Source: Lama glama (taxonomy: Eukaryota). From it: a stretch of DNA of 64,000 bases. Position numbers and translations under genes: made by a program. The notes under the pieces are model-generated. The model was given only the letters and a program-made list of their open reading frames with translations, ran no database searches and had not been told where the DNA came from. Shown here piece after piece: positions 51,163-64,000 of this stretch. Every line of letters begins with the position of its first letter. Within the stretch, counting starts at the first letter, position 1. The stretch covers positions 105,836,001-105,900,000 of the forward strand of contig CM052817.1 in NCBI GenBank assembly GCA_028534125.1, written 5' to 3'.

Positions 51163-51275
51163 TAACAAGAAAATTACTGTATCTCTCTCCAGAGGTTTTA
51201 TATTCTCCTATTCTCCTTTATTTATTCAAACATTTTAAAGGGATTTATTCACTCCTAAACCATTTAATATATTTC

Positions 51276-51398
51276 TTTTTTTTGTGGTGGATGGTAGGTT
51301 TACTTATTTATTTATTTTTAGAGGCAGTACTGGGGATTGAACCCAGGACCTTGTGTATGCTAAGTATGTGTTCTACCACTTGAGCTACACCCATCCCC
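51276..51398 (-). mobile_element. Vic-1-like SINE
   Basis: gtactggggattgaacccaggaccttgtg..ctaccacttgagctacaccc, with atatattt on both flanks. Confidence 0.9.
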
Positions 51399-52368
51399 TG
51401 ATATATTTTCAATAACCAGACCAGAGACAGCCCTGGAGCAAAAACTCAATACCTTTGCTGGTAGAAGTCTCCATCCTGTGTCTCCATCCTGTCCACTGCA
51501 TCAGTGACCTTATGCTGTTTCCCACAGCCAGGGGCATTCATTCTACTGCTCTTGTCACATCTATACTTCCAGACCCCTCCATAAAGTAGAAAAATGGTCA
51601 AATGTGGTCTTTCAAGTAAACAAGGCTTTATTTTAGATTTATATGAATAGTAACAGTTGCTAAATTAACAAGTCAAATATCCCATATCCAAGATAAAGGA
51701 AGCTGGAGGTAGCGGTAGAAAGAGTGGTCCTCCTCCCAGAGACTAGATTTGCAGAGTCCCCCACTGCAGCGTAGAGGCACGTCGGTTTCAAGGAAGCTAG
51801 TTTGCTCATTTTAAAAGGTGATATTTACCCATCAGAGCTACATAATTATTAATTAAAATTAATTATGTTGTCAAAGTGGAAAGAGAAAACTAAAATGAAA
51901 AGAAAGAAAGAAAAAAAAGAAAAGCTAACTTGTCAAGTCGGCAGAAAGAATAAACTGTCCTAATAATTAAAAGACTAGAAATTAATTTTCTATATAAGCA
52001 TATTTGTGGGTCAAATTATGTTTTATATATACAATTATATACTTACTTTATTTGGGAAGGTATTGGCTAGCATCTGTTTTTTGGAAAGCATTACTATTTA
52101 ACAACGTTAACCAACTATGGCTTACACGATAAATGTTTATGACAGACACTGTGAAGCAAGATCGCCTGGCTCACGCCAAATCAAAGGAATCCCACAGTAG
52201 ACTGGGCATATTTACGTCCTCCTAAGAAATTAAGCATTTAAAAAATTTTATGGTTTTCCAATGTTGTTTTGAATCTCAGATATTAGTATTCACCAATAAT
52301 CAGTGAAGAAAGGCTATGTAGAAAGAGCATTTTCTAATTAACCCTGTGGTTAGCTTTAGGTATCAGAT

Positions 52369-52909
52369 TGTTGTAAGAAAATGGGGGGAAGGGGTGCAGA
52401 GGACAGTCATGTCCCAGGTCTCAGGCCATGGGACAGGCCTCTAAGTGAGGGTCCTTGGCTTTGAGCAGGAAAGAATTCAAGAAGGAGCCACAGTAAAGTG
52501 AAAGCAGGTTTATTTACAGAGATACACACTCCATAGACAGAATGTGGTTCATCTCAGAAAGAAATGTGCCCGGGTGCAGGGACGGTTAGGTTTTATGGGC
52601 TGGGGAATTTCATAGGCTAACTAGTGGAAGGATGATTACAGCTATTTTGAGGAAAGGGTGAGGATTTCCAGGAATTGGGCCACCACCCACTTTTTGGCCT
52701 TTCATGGTCAGCCTGGGAATTATTATGGCACCTGTGGGTGTCACTCAGCAGCTGATGTATTGCAATGAGATGTGATGAAGCTCAAGGTCTACTAGAAGTC
52801 AAGCCTCCCGCCATCTTGGACTTACCTGGCTCCGACCAGTGTATGTCGTATCCTCAATTGCTGTGTCATTCTTTTAGTGGTTGTGCCCTGCCTCCTTCCC
52901 TCTGCCTTA
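52369..52909 (-). mobile_element. ERV1-class solo LTR
   Basis: TG start, cctta (from cctca) end, near-TSD agat/ggat, minus-strand AATAAA (ggtttattt). Motifs caggaaagaattcaag and ccgccatcttgg. Confidence 0.8.
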
Positions 52910-55470
52910 GGATTTCTGCAAAAATTTTAATTTGCACTTTACATTCTTAGCTGCTTAAACTGGAAGTTTAAATCAGCGTCTTGAGATTTTTCAGTCTTCC
53001 CTAATACAAGAATTTACTTTTGGTCTGTCCGTTCTCATTTCATTTAATATTTTATAAGTTCACTTACAAATTTTCATTTATACTTGTGTTATTGTAAGTA
53101 TGTTGTTTAATTTCTGATATTTGGGGATATTCCAAATGTGTGTTATTAATTTCTGATTAATTTCTTTTGTAGTCAGAGAAAAACAATGCGTATGATTTCA
53201 CACTCTTAAACTCACTGAGACTTATTTCACAGCCAGCATGCAGCTCACCTTGGTGAACGTTCCATCTGCATTGAAAACAATGTGTTCTCTGCCAGTACTG
53301 AATGTAGCATTTTGTGAATATCAGTCAGGTCAGTTGAGGTGAGGATGCTGTCCTTGGCTTTCATATATTTATTGATTTTCTATTTGTTTTATCAGTTCCT
53401 GAGAGAGGAGGGCTGAAATCTAAATCTAGAGCTGTGTATTTATATATATATACATGTTTGTTTTATGTATTTTTAGTTGTGTAGTTTGAAGCTACATTAT
53501 TAGTTGCATGAGTATTGAAGATTTGTGTCTTCTTTATAAATTAACCCTCTCATAATTGTTAAATTAATGTTTTATTTCTGGTAAACTTCTCTGTTCTGAA
53601 ATGCATTTTATCAGAAATTAATATACCTACTCCAGCTTTTGATAAATTTTATATGATGTATTTTATGTTATTTTAAATTAAACTTTTTTGTCCATATTAA
53701 CACTGTTTCTTGTAATAATATAATTGGGTTGTGTGTTTTTATCCATTTAGACAATGCCCACCTTATATTTGTAATATTTAAACCATTGTTATATATGTAT
53801 CAAAATGATTGACATTGAAGCGTATTATCTTGTATGTTTTCTATCTGTCATATCCTTTTAAAAGTTTTTTTTTCTCTTTGCTTTCTTTTGGATGATTGAA
53901 TATTTTCATTTTACTTTTACTCTGAATTGTTGGATTGATATATATACCTTTTGGTTTACTTTTATTGGTTCTTCTTATAAAAGTTATAAAGTATTTAAAA
54001 CTTCAGAGTCATTTTTTGCTTTCTAAAAGTTAAAAAAAACAGGAATTGTATTTTATTCTTATATATTTACTATTTCTTCTAGCCTTCATTTCTTTACATA
54101 AATATAAATTTCCATCTTGTATTTTTCTTTCACCCTGAATCACTTTGACATATCTTTTTCTGTCAATTCTTTAAAGATATTATTTTATTTATATTCTGGC
54201 TTTATTTTTCTAAAGTTGGGTGCCATTTTTATCTTTGTTACACTGTCTTTTCTTGTTTGTTTTTCTGGCTGCTTTGAAAGTTTTCTTGCTTTCATTTTGG
54301 TTAGCACTTTGATTAAGCTGTAACTTGATGTGATTTTCCTTATGTTTATCTTGAGCTTCTTGGAGCTGTGTGTTTATAATTTATAACTTTTATAAAATTT
54401 GGAAAATGTTGGGCCATTATTTCTTCAGAATGTTTTTCGCTTTAGTTTCTCTTATCAGACTCCAATTATGTGTATGTCAAACATATAATATTATCCCTGA
54501 AATACCAATTGTTTTTCCTATCTTGTCATTCTATGTGCTTCAGTTTGGATCAATTCTAAATAAGCCATCTAGTCCAGTGATATTTTCTTCCTCAGTGACT
54601 ATATTTTGGAGAGTGTCTCCAATGATCTTCTTTGTTAAATTCTAAATATTGTATTATCTCTAGAATTTTCATTTGTTTTTTAAAAATATCTTTTTCTCTT
54701 AGTATGCCTGTGTTTTCCTTTACATTCTTAAGCATACTTATGGTAGCTGTTTTAAATCTTTGTCTACTAATTATGTCTTTTATGTCATTTATGAATTTAT
54801 TTATATTGAGCTTCCCATTCCTGCTTTCTAGAATGTCTAGTATCTTATTAGATATCAGTACTGATGAATATCAATTTGCCGAATGTTCGGATTTATAATT
54901 TATCACTTTTTTCCCCAGCTTTATCGAGAAATAATTGACATACATCACTGTATAAGCTTAAAGTACATAACATGATGGTTTGATTCACATATATTATGAA
55001 ATGATTAACACAATAGGTTTAGTTAACATCCATCATCTTTTATAGAAACAATAAGAAGAAAAATCATACGTCTTGCTGATGAAAATTTAACAATTTTTAA
55101 GTTTTCCTACATATTATACAGCAGTGTTAACTATTGTCGTTGTGTTGTATATTTTGATTTAAAAAAGGTCAAAGTGTGTTTGGCAGTTATTTAAACTGCC
55201 AAATTGAGTCTATACAACTTTGTTTTTAAGGTTTGCTAATGGGGCTTTAGATTATCCTTTGTTCTGGTGCTAATTTAGCCCTATTACTAAGGCGTTACCC
55301 TTTGACACCTGCACCGAATGCCCTGAGCTTTCCACCAGGTCTGTCCTCTGTGGATGATAAAAAATTGAATACCTTCTAACTTTGCCTTCTGTAAATCATT
55401 TACCATGTAACCCCCTAGTTGTTTTTTTCCAGACTCTTGGAGATTTGCCCTTCCCATTTGCAGATAAGAA
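52910..55470 (-). mobile_element. Very old L1 (L1M/L1ME) 5'-central portion, with a younger L1MA-type 3' fragment nested at ~54905-55155
   Basis: Antisense endonuclease-region motifs (cttggtgaacgttccatctgcattgaaaacaatgtg) and T-rich ORF1/inter-ORF sequence. Confidence 0.7.
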
Positions 55471-55539
55471 TTCAACCAAATATGTATGTATAAATGTATG
55501 TATATACATACATAACAAAACAGTAAAATGTAAGGGAAA

Positions 55540-55875
55540 AAATAAAATGATACATGGACAAAAATAGGGATTTATAAAATCAAAAATTGATTCTTTGGAA
55601 ACATCGATGAAATAGTGAAACACAAAACAGAGTACATAGTGTTGACTCATTTAGATGAAATTCTAGAAGTGAAAAATAAATCTATAGTGACAGAAAGTAG
55701 AACCTGATTGCTCCATTTGGATTAAGAAACAATTTCAAAGGAGCACAAGGGAATTTTGGGGGGTGATAAGTGTGTTCTATAAATTGATTGCGTGGTGGTT
55801 ACGTGAGTATATACTTTTATAAAAAGTCATCACTTAAGAGTGGGCTTTTTGGCATATAATTTTAACCATATAATG
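55540..55875 (+). mobile_element. Old L1 fragments (3' UTR)
   Basis: tctatagtgacagaaagtaga..gagcacaagggaattttgg..ggtggttacgtgagtatatac. Confidence 0.65.
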
Positions 55876-56533
55876 TTTGCTTACTTAAATAAAGGGACAA
55901 TGTAGACATATTTGAAATTCATTTATGCATTAAGATTGACTGGTACTTGGAAATATTGTATTCTTATTCAAATAGGAAAAATGGCATATTGGAGAGCTTT
56001 ATGTCTATAAACCTACCAATTCTCCAAATTAGGACTTTCATGTTATTATTCTATTGGTAACAGCAGTTATATTAGTGATAAACATGATCATCATTGTTAT
56101 TTGAATAATTAGGTGATGTAAAATATCATATGACATATTTCATTGTTGAAAATTCCTATTTTAGCATTTATTTCAAAATAAAAATATATCCCCTCTAAGT
56201 CTACTAGAAAATGTTTATTCAGCACACACACAAAATGATAAATCATTCCTTTTCTAGTTTTATCTATATATACTTTGTATACTTCTTCTACTTTCATTCT
56301 CAAACTTTTCATTTCCACCCCAAGATTTTCTTCTACAATAGCAAAGAAACTTTGAGGCTATGTACTTCAAATTTTCTTTAGATTGTTAACTCTTGTTTTG
56401 GTAACTCTTCCTCTGTAGTAATTCAGTAAGTCTTTTATTTCCATTTTAGGTGTAGTCTAACTGTCATACCAGTGGCATCCTTTGTCCATCACCAGGAGCA
56501 GAAGTCTGAGTACTTCTGCCCACTGCATCTTGG

Positions 56534-57124
56534 TGTTGGAGTCGTCAAGGAAGACACAGTCCAGTCCAGCTAAAGATGGACCAAGGCTTTCTTCTCAAAG
56601 AGAAGAAACAGAGTGAGATCAGCTTCAGTAGAGGGCATCAGTCCCCCCTTGGTCATGGGGTCTCCTCAGCGGCAGCAGACAGGGACACACCCCTCTTGTG
56701 CAGTAGAATGAAGGACCTCCTCCCCTCCCCAATGGGGGCAGAGCAGTAGGGGGGTTGGTGAGGTGCCATTTCACACACACTTAAGTAGAGGAAAGGAGCA
56801 CACACTGAGTTGGAAGCAGGGAAGGATCATCCCACACAACGTGATAAGCCCACACGGGTTGGGTTGTGATGTCTCTTTAGCTCTTGGTGAGGACGTGGAG
56901 CCCCAGGGGAGCCCCATTATTATACTGCCCACTATGAAAGACTCAAAAGACTGTGTGCACAGAGATGGTGGTCATCATGCTGCAATATCTAAATGTATCA
57001 AATCAACACATCATACATCTTAAATTCACACAAAGTTATACTAATTCTATCTCAATAAAATAAAATGTTTTTAAAGGTGAAAAAAAAAAAAGATTGCATG
57101 CACAAGAGGCTGCCTTTCCCAACA
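56534..57124 (-). mobile_element. Solo LTR with nested short L1 insertion (~56962-57088)
   Basis: TGTTGG..CCAACA terminal inverted ends. The internal L1 tail is flanked by aaagactgtgtgcaca/aaagattgcatgcaca. Confidence 0.65.
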
Positions 57125-59579
57125 CTGTCACTATATGCTTGATTTGAAATGAATTCAGATACTAAAGTATACTTATTCAAGCCAACAAAACAAATGTAAA
57201 AGTTACTTCAAATTAAAAATGAGATTTACATTTAAAAATGTATTTAGGCTTTTTTCTTTGTATATTCTGGATACAAGTATTTTCTCCCAGGATGTGGCTT
57301 ACCTTTTAATTTTCTCAATATTTCTTATTATTGATCTTTACTTATTTGATAATGTTGCACAATTTCCCTTATTTTTCTCACAGCTGAATTTCTCTTCAGT
57401 TTCCAAATGACCTTTCCACCTACAAGTATTTACCCTTTTTAAAATTTTTCCAAGTCATCACAGTAAACTTCTTTAAGAAAAAAGACAGTCAGACCTATAA
57501 ACCCCAAGTTACAGGTATTTTTTCTGGGTCGAATTTTACTTAACTGCTCTTCCACTTTTTGGTCAAATATTTCCACGTCAGTGTTTTCAAAAGTAGAAGC
57601 AGTCATTTTGTTTCCACTTCCTACTTAATATTCAACCCTGCACAGTAACCATGTGTCATATACATTTAATAATACATTCAATTAGTCACTAATTTTCCAA
57701 CATCTTAGATTCATAAACTTGTTCAGAATCCCAAATTTTCACAGCTTCAGCTCCCTGATTTTGACTCTATGATATCATGCTTTCTATTAAAGATTGTTTC
57801 AAGCGATGTTAATCCAGATTCTTCAAACCGTCCAACTTGAAGATAAAAATAAATGTATACTGCCAATGAGAAACAGTAATCCTCTTACAGTAAGCCTTGT
57901 CCATGAAATTGGTAAAAGTTTAATTCATATTTGAAAGTACCTCCCCAAATATTTATGAGTTCAGGAGTGAGGGGATGAGTGAGTGTTGGACGAATTTCAG
58001 TTTATTATTTGCAATCTACTTGTGTTGATTTAAACTCCTTTTTCTTTGCGCCCTCCATTGCTAAGACATCCAGTGAGATTAAATTTTGTGAATCCACCTT
58101 AATTATTAAATATGTTTTCCCTTGTGTTCAAAATAACAGACTTAAGACATTGATCATTAATTCTTATTGCTTCCTAGAACCTTAATGCTATTTCCTCATG
58201 CTTTACTGTCACTTTCTGCTGAAGGGCCGGTATTATGGGCTAGCATTACCAAATATTTCCTCTCCTTTTATAAAACCGTTTTATTCTAATATGTGTCACT
58301 CTCTTGACTCATTCTTTGTATTTGGATCATTTATTTGTTTGTTTAAGTCATTATTTTAAAACTTTATACACAGACTCTTGTCTATATTAATCATATTACC
58401 AATGGGCAAAGCTTACAGTTAACCCAGATGGCCTGCTTATTAACTTAATAGAATAGTTTTGTTTCGAAAATCTTTTCAATCCGTTCATAGCACATGTCCA
58501 GATCTTAATACTGAAATGATTTCCTTTCCTCTCACTATGTAGGTTTGCTTTTCTTCCTGTGGATTTTATTATAAAAGTATCAGTTTCAATCAAATGTCTC
58601 TCTCGAGCAAGAGGAAATTTCTTACTTAGCCGACTGGAAACTTGTTTTAGAGGAAACAGTTTATATGTCAACAGAAGTAGGGACTAACGTGGTCTTCTGT
58701 TAATACCAGGACACCTATCTGCCCAGCCTACAAGACTGTAAATTAATGTTCACTCAATAAATAAGCCTGGAAAAAGTATGTCCAGTGTCTTTGTTCTGGT
58801 GTTGAGCTAACAGGAATTCTGATTCCAGTAATTCTAACAATTACTACTTAGAATCAGACTGAAGAGTCTACCAGATTGGAAGATTGCCACTCAACAAGAC
58901 AACAACATACAGTAATCGATAAATCTAAGCATTTGGTGCTATTTCTCTTTTACCTGAAATTAAACAATTGGGTGGGTAAAAGGATAAAGACTGTTTATTT
59001 TTGACTTAACTCAGAGCCAAGTATCTTCTAAGACAGGCTCGGAAGACAAGTAACTGAGTTATTAAACATTAACATTTGAAGGGACTTTATGTTTCTTATC
59101 TTTACTTTTGGCTGACATGTTCCTCCAGCCTCTCTTTGAACTGTGGGTTATTTTACTCTGTTCAAGGACAGCAACGTGAGAGCAGGTGGCATCATAAATT
59201 TGGATGCTAAACTTGTGTGTGTTGCCGCATGCACATGTCAAATCGCTTTTTAAATGGGTTGAGTTCTTTATAGCATCCTAGATGGATTGGTAGCAACTGG
59301 TTCGCAGACCACCTCTGAGAAGCCCCGCTCCATGCCAAATGCTGAAGATATCTGAAGACCAAGAGCCAAAGGGGAAAATATCTTCTTTAGGATTTGGAAG
59401 TGTTCAGTGTAGCTGCAGCATAAGACACAGTACGAGTATAGATATTGACATCTCTATCTATAGATCTTAAATATATATGCTTGGCTATGTATACACACAC
59501 GCATATACATCTACTTCTCTATGAGGGAGACTTTCTCAGTTAAAGACGTATTGCAACCTTGTACTGATTTATACTATAA

Positions 59580-59995
59580 TGAAAATGCTTTATCTCCTTA
59601 TCTCCTGCTTGACCTAAAATGTTCCTTTCACCATTTTTCACCCGGATAACACCTGGTTAAATTGAGAGCATCAGTTAAAGTTGACATCTTTCAAATCTGT
59701 CATCACTGCCTTGCTTATTGGTACTGTATCTGTGCAGGCGTTCTTTCTTTCCCCTTAAACTCCCACGTTACGCCTACGACCCCAGTATAAATATTAACAA
59801 TGTACTCTTCCCTCGCAAAATTGTGTGGGTCTGGACAAACTTACACAACACATTATATATAAGGTTATATTTAAACAATGTAATCTAAAGGTTCTTACTA
59901 GACATTAAAACACAGAAGGACAGTATCTGTATCTTGTTTGTGTATAGCTTCTAAGCATCTGAGGCTCCGTGCACAAAAACATTTAATAGATATTG
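59580..59995 (+). mobile_element. L2 3' fragment
   Basis: acctaaaatgttccttt..ttgagagcatcagttaaagttgacatctt..gaaggacagtatctgtatcttgtt..acatttaatagatatt. Confidence 0.5.
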
Positions 59996-60709
59996 AATTG
60001 AGATAGGTTGACTGAATCTACATTTTAATTTTTCATCTGAGAAAATGTTCTTTGATGAGAAAAATGGAAACATTTTAGAAATGATAACAAAATCATACAT
60101 AAAGTAAGGTTACATCAAAAGTAAGTGCTTAAGCCAACTCTGTGAGAGAAAAATGCCCAGTGTTTTGGTGCTTGTCAATTTCTGTGTTTGTAAATCCTCC
60201 CACCAAGGCCAATGTCAAGTTGCTAATGAGACGTCATTGAATTCAGACTTGAAAACTCACTCTCATGTCATCTACATAAATATACTTTTCTAATGTATTA
60301 AAATAAAGTTATCTCCTTGGCATTTATAGCTATCTCTGATAATTTAAAAGCTGTTTGAAAGTAAAGTGTAATCAAGTGTTTAGTTTTTTAAAATAACTCT
60401 TTTCTAATCTTTCATGCCATATCTTGAGGGAATATTTTAAGTGAAAACATTTAAATTGATTACAGGGGAGCACATTCAGTTGATCAATTTTAACTGATTT
60501 ATCTACTGATCTAATCGATGAAATATTGTTTTCATCCAATTCAGTATCTCACTTTGGTATTTTACCTAGAAGCCGTCTGTGATACTGGCACGAAAATGCT
60601 TCTCTGATTAAAAGGGCTGTTTCTCAGTGAGTGTTGGTACCATGTTGGGTGCCACACTGGCCATGACAATAGACATACCAGTTCCTGCCTCTGTAAATTT
60701 AAACACCCG

Positions 60710-60870
60710 TTTAACTCACCTAAGCCTCAGTTTCCTCATTTGTGAAATGGGACCATAAGAACCTGCCTCAGAAAGTTGCCGTCATAGCGAGGTGAAATTC
60801 TGTATGTGAACAGCTTTGAATAGTTTAACACATACTGTGGGCTTATAAATGGTACCCATCATTACTTTCA
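60710..60870 (+). mobile_element. MIR SINE
   Basis: MIR core ctaagcctcagtttcctcatttgtgaaatggga. Confidence 0.8.
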
Positions 60871-61379
60871 TAGAGATCTTCCCCCCAAAAAAGTGTAACT
60901 ATTAAAGAGATGCCTACAGATCCTAAATGAAGTAAATGAGCCTTGTTTTTCATCTTAGCACAGTGAATTGCAGAAGAGTAGTTTCCTCTGGGGGGAGAAA
61001 TGGTTATTTTCAGAGACAGGGTACACAGGGGACTTCTACAGTGCTTCTAATATTCCATTTCTTCTGCTGGGGTCTTATGGGTGTTCAATTTGTAATTATT
61101 TGTTAAACTACACGCACAAGTGGCATGGCCCCTTCCACGGGATTATTTTGCACTAAAATGATTAAAATGATTATATATATACATACATTCGTGTATTTGT
61201 TACATTATATTACATTAAATATAATAGACATTAAAATGTATCCTATATTATGTGATATTTTATATGCCTATACATACATATTCCTCTTAATGATTGAAGA
61301 TTGCATAAAATATATAAGCTACCTATAGAAATAATATTGTAAAAGAATTTTAATCTAGAATGGCACTGGAGGAGATGAA

Positions 61380-64000
61380 ATGTAGAAATTCATGCTTGCA
61401 CCCTCGGAAGAACTGGACTTAAGAACCAAGAGACTGAAAGAACCGAGAGACTGATTTCCATTCAATGCCTGATTTACAGAAGACTGACTATTATCTCCTG
61501 ACCCATGAACATCCACCAAGAATCTGTCTCTGTCTTCAAACCAATGCATTTGTGGCTCAGACTCTGGCTGGACTCCCCTTTCTTTGCACTCTTTCCTGTA
61601 AATACAGCCCAACTCAAGCCCTCAGTGGACTTGCCCGTAGCCTACTTCAGCGTGGGATTCCCAAATTGCAATTCCTCTGCTATTCTCAAGTCATCTCAAT
61701 ATCAGGTAAATTGAGCTTGCTTCAGCTTGACATTCAAAGGCCACAGAAAGTGGGATCGGAAGGAGAGGACCTCCCAAAAGGATGACAACCCTTCCAACCG
61801 TCAGCATCGAAGGAAGGACCCGCACTGAGCTCCTGGCGCTCAGTGTTTCTTAAGTCACTATCTGCTTCTGGTTTGACCTCTTGGTCAAGCTCTCCAACTT
61901 TATTCAGGATTTAGATAAAGACAGATGGTCCTCTGATGAGTACTTTTTTTGATTTCTGAGTTGGGGTGTGCTTGGTTTAGATTTAAACTTGTGGATTTTA
62001 TTGAGAGCAAAACTAAAACTAAAATACAGTCTAGAATGACAATGGCCATTATGAGGAATGTTCTAATTAGACACAATTGTTTATCTAAGAAGTTCACTTG
62101 AAAACAAGGGTTCCCAAGTCAAACAAAATGAGAGAACTATTTTAATTGGCAGAATTATCCAGAGTCTCCAAAATTCCAAAATAGCTTCACTGAAAAATTT
62201 ACTAAAAAGGTTAACGAAAAATCAAAGATACACGAGGTACCTAAAATAAGAGACTGTAAGACTGAAATAACTCTTGCTGTTCCTTTCTGGCCTCCTTTAT
62301 TTGAGTACCTGTTTTACTAATTCTAAATTATCTTTCCACTTTAAAGAGACCATCAACAAAAGTCCACGAAAGTAATGACCTTACAGACACCGTCATATCT
62401 TGGCGTAAAGAAATTCCAGCAAATGGGTCCCTCTCATTGTTGAGAAGACTCCCAGGGATTCAGTGTTTAGTGCTACAAGTTAGTCCCTTACGCAGCTGAA
62501 GGGAAACTAGAATTAAATTAATAGAAAACCTTGCCAAATTCTGGGAGATACCAGAGATACACTGACTTAAACCCGACTCATTCCAGAGCCTGCAGCTAAC
62601 AGCCTCGGAAAACTGGCAGAAGCCAGCAACGGGCAAGAATCCTTACTAGGTCTGCTCTCCCAAATCTCTGTCTGTAGTCCCCAGTCAAGAGAAGAAGGGA
62701 AAATTTCACGGTGTCCCGTCCTTCCCAAATCCTGACGCATTTGTCATTGAGCCTTTCTCTCCTGGAGACAACTGTTGTCTTCTTGTTTGTTTTGTCTTGT
62801 GTCCCGAGAACTTGGCTTGACAACTGTCAGGTTGGAGGTCCCCAAGTACGGCCGGCCGGTCAGAAACGTGAGTTGCATCTCATTTCCAACTACATATGTA
62901 TGGCTAGACAAAAATGTGGGTTGGACTCCAGTTGCAGCTAGGGTCCTATGAATTACTGCCAGCCCTCAGGAGAATTGTCGAAATCTTTCTTTCTTTCGGT
63001 TATCTTTGAGAATGACTTTGGATCTTGGAGGGTAGGGTCTTTTTGGTCCTCTTCAGGGACACTTCTTGAGTCCAAAGTTTCATTCAATTCTTCCAGAAAT
63101 ATTTACTATTTGTCCCAGCTAAAACCTGACAAAATATTTGAAAGAATTTTTGTCAGTTGCTCTATGATCAGAGGTTATCTAAATTGGAAGCCGACTTTCA
63201 GAACCTGGTAGAATTTTTTTTAAGTATTCTCCAGTAAGCCAAATCAAAACATATTCCTAGATGGAAGGAAAAACACTCTGAAGCTTTTGTGGAAGGATTT
63301 ATTAAAACATTCCAAAGGCAAAGCTCTAAAATTCCAGAACATAGGAATCTTTTGATGTTCATCTTAGTTGAAGACCTTCTCCAGGATCTAAAGAAGCAAA
63401 TTGAAGATAATGTAGTTGGATGAGTGGATCTACCTACGTACAATGTCATTTAAGTAGCAACACAATTGCTTGAGGGATTAAAAACAACCACACTTGGTCT
63501 TTGCAAGAACAGAACAGCAGCTCTCAAAGGCAGCTCTCAAAGCCATTCAAAGCCCACCTGTCCTTTTTTCAGTCCCCAAACCTCCCACACTTACCTCAAA
63601 AGGCTTGCAGATATTATGTAAGATCTGTATTTAAGAAATAAAAGTCTCTCTTTGAGGAACTTGCATTCTTTCCCTGTGCCTTTGAGATGTAAATATTCTA
63701 CCCAGTCTTCTCCAGGACCTCTGATCTAGGCATCTGTTTGAAATGCAAACTTCAAAGAGGAAATTCTTGTCAGAAAGAAAACAAAAAGACAAATGAAAAA
63801 GCTGTTTGGAATTTAGGCAAATAAAAAATCTTGAATCTTCCTTATAAGTATCAGTAAAAAGTTTGTCAGCTGAGCAGGTAACATTAACTTATTCCATCTG
63901 CCAGAAACACAACTGGGATCTGACTGTCACCAGTAAAACTTGCATTATTGTGCCTGTCTCTTGGCTAAAATTTTAAAATAAAAGCTGTAAGAACTCTGTT
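61380..64000 (+). mobile_element. Decayed ERV1 provirus (MER34/MER110-like): 5' LTR ending at 61732 plus internal leader/gag, continuing past the window end
   Basis: The LTR ends ttgaca and is followed by a degenerate PBS region (..cagaaagtgggatc). Matrix-like LE*QWPL*GMF*LDTIVYLRSSLENKG (~62031-62110); capsid-like PEHRNLLMFILVEDLLQDLKKQIEDNVVG*V (~63334-63426). The LTR start is approximate. Confidence 0.75.

Noticed and set aside
1..64000. CRISPR array, operon or other prokaryotic-type system
   Set aside because: The sequence is mammalian and repeat-rich. It has no regularly spaced repeats and no gene-dense ORFs.

Overview
This is AT-rich, CpG-depleted mammalian genomic DNA with a 500-N assembly gap at 45355-45854. 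It is most likely from a camelid (alpaca, llama or camel), because it carries about 9 copies of a tRNA-derived SINE matching the camelid Vic-1 type. I cannot support any protein-coding gene, RNA gene or CRISPR-like system, so the window reads as intergenic or deep-intronic. Nearly all listed ORFs are chance ORFs or decayed transposon frames. Recognisable content: many L1 3' fragments, including one twin-primed 5'-inverted copy; at least seven ERV1/MaLR solo LTRs, several with clear target-site duplications (TSDs); the 5' part of a decayed ERV1 provirus running off the right end; and L2, MIR, MER5 and Charlie-type relics. The most interesting observations are very old protein-coding fossils visible only by manual translation. 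These are a ~1.1 kb L1/Tx1-clade ORF2 C-terminus resembling reptile/amphibian L1 rather than mammalian L1 (31.2-32.3 kb), two hAT transposase fragments, and CR1-like and RTE-like RT fragments. I also found a candidate 27-nt microexon, an inverted SINE pair and an unexplained 40-bp duplication. Repeat subfamily names come from motif recognition, not database searches. I did not find a convincing previously undescribed biological system.
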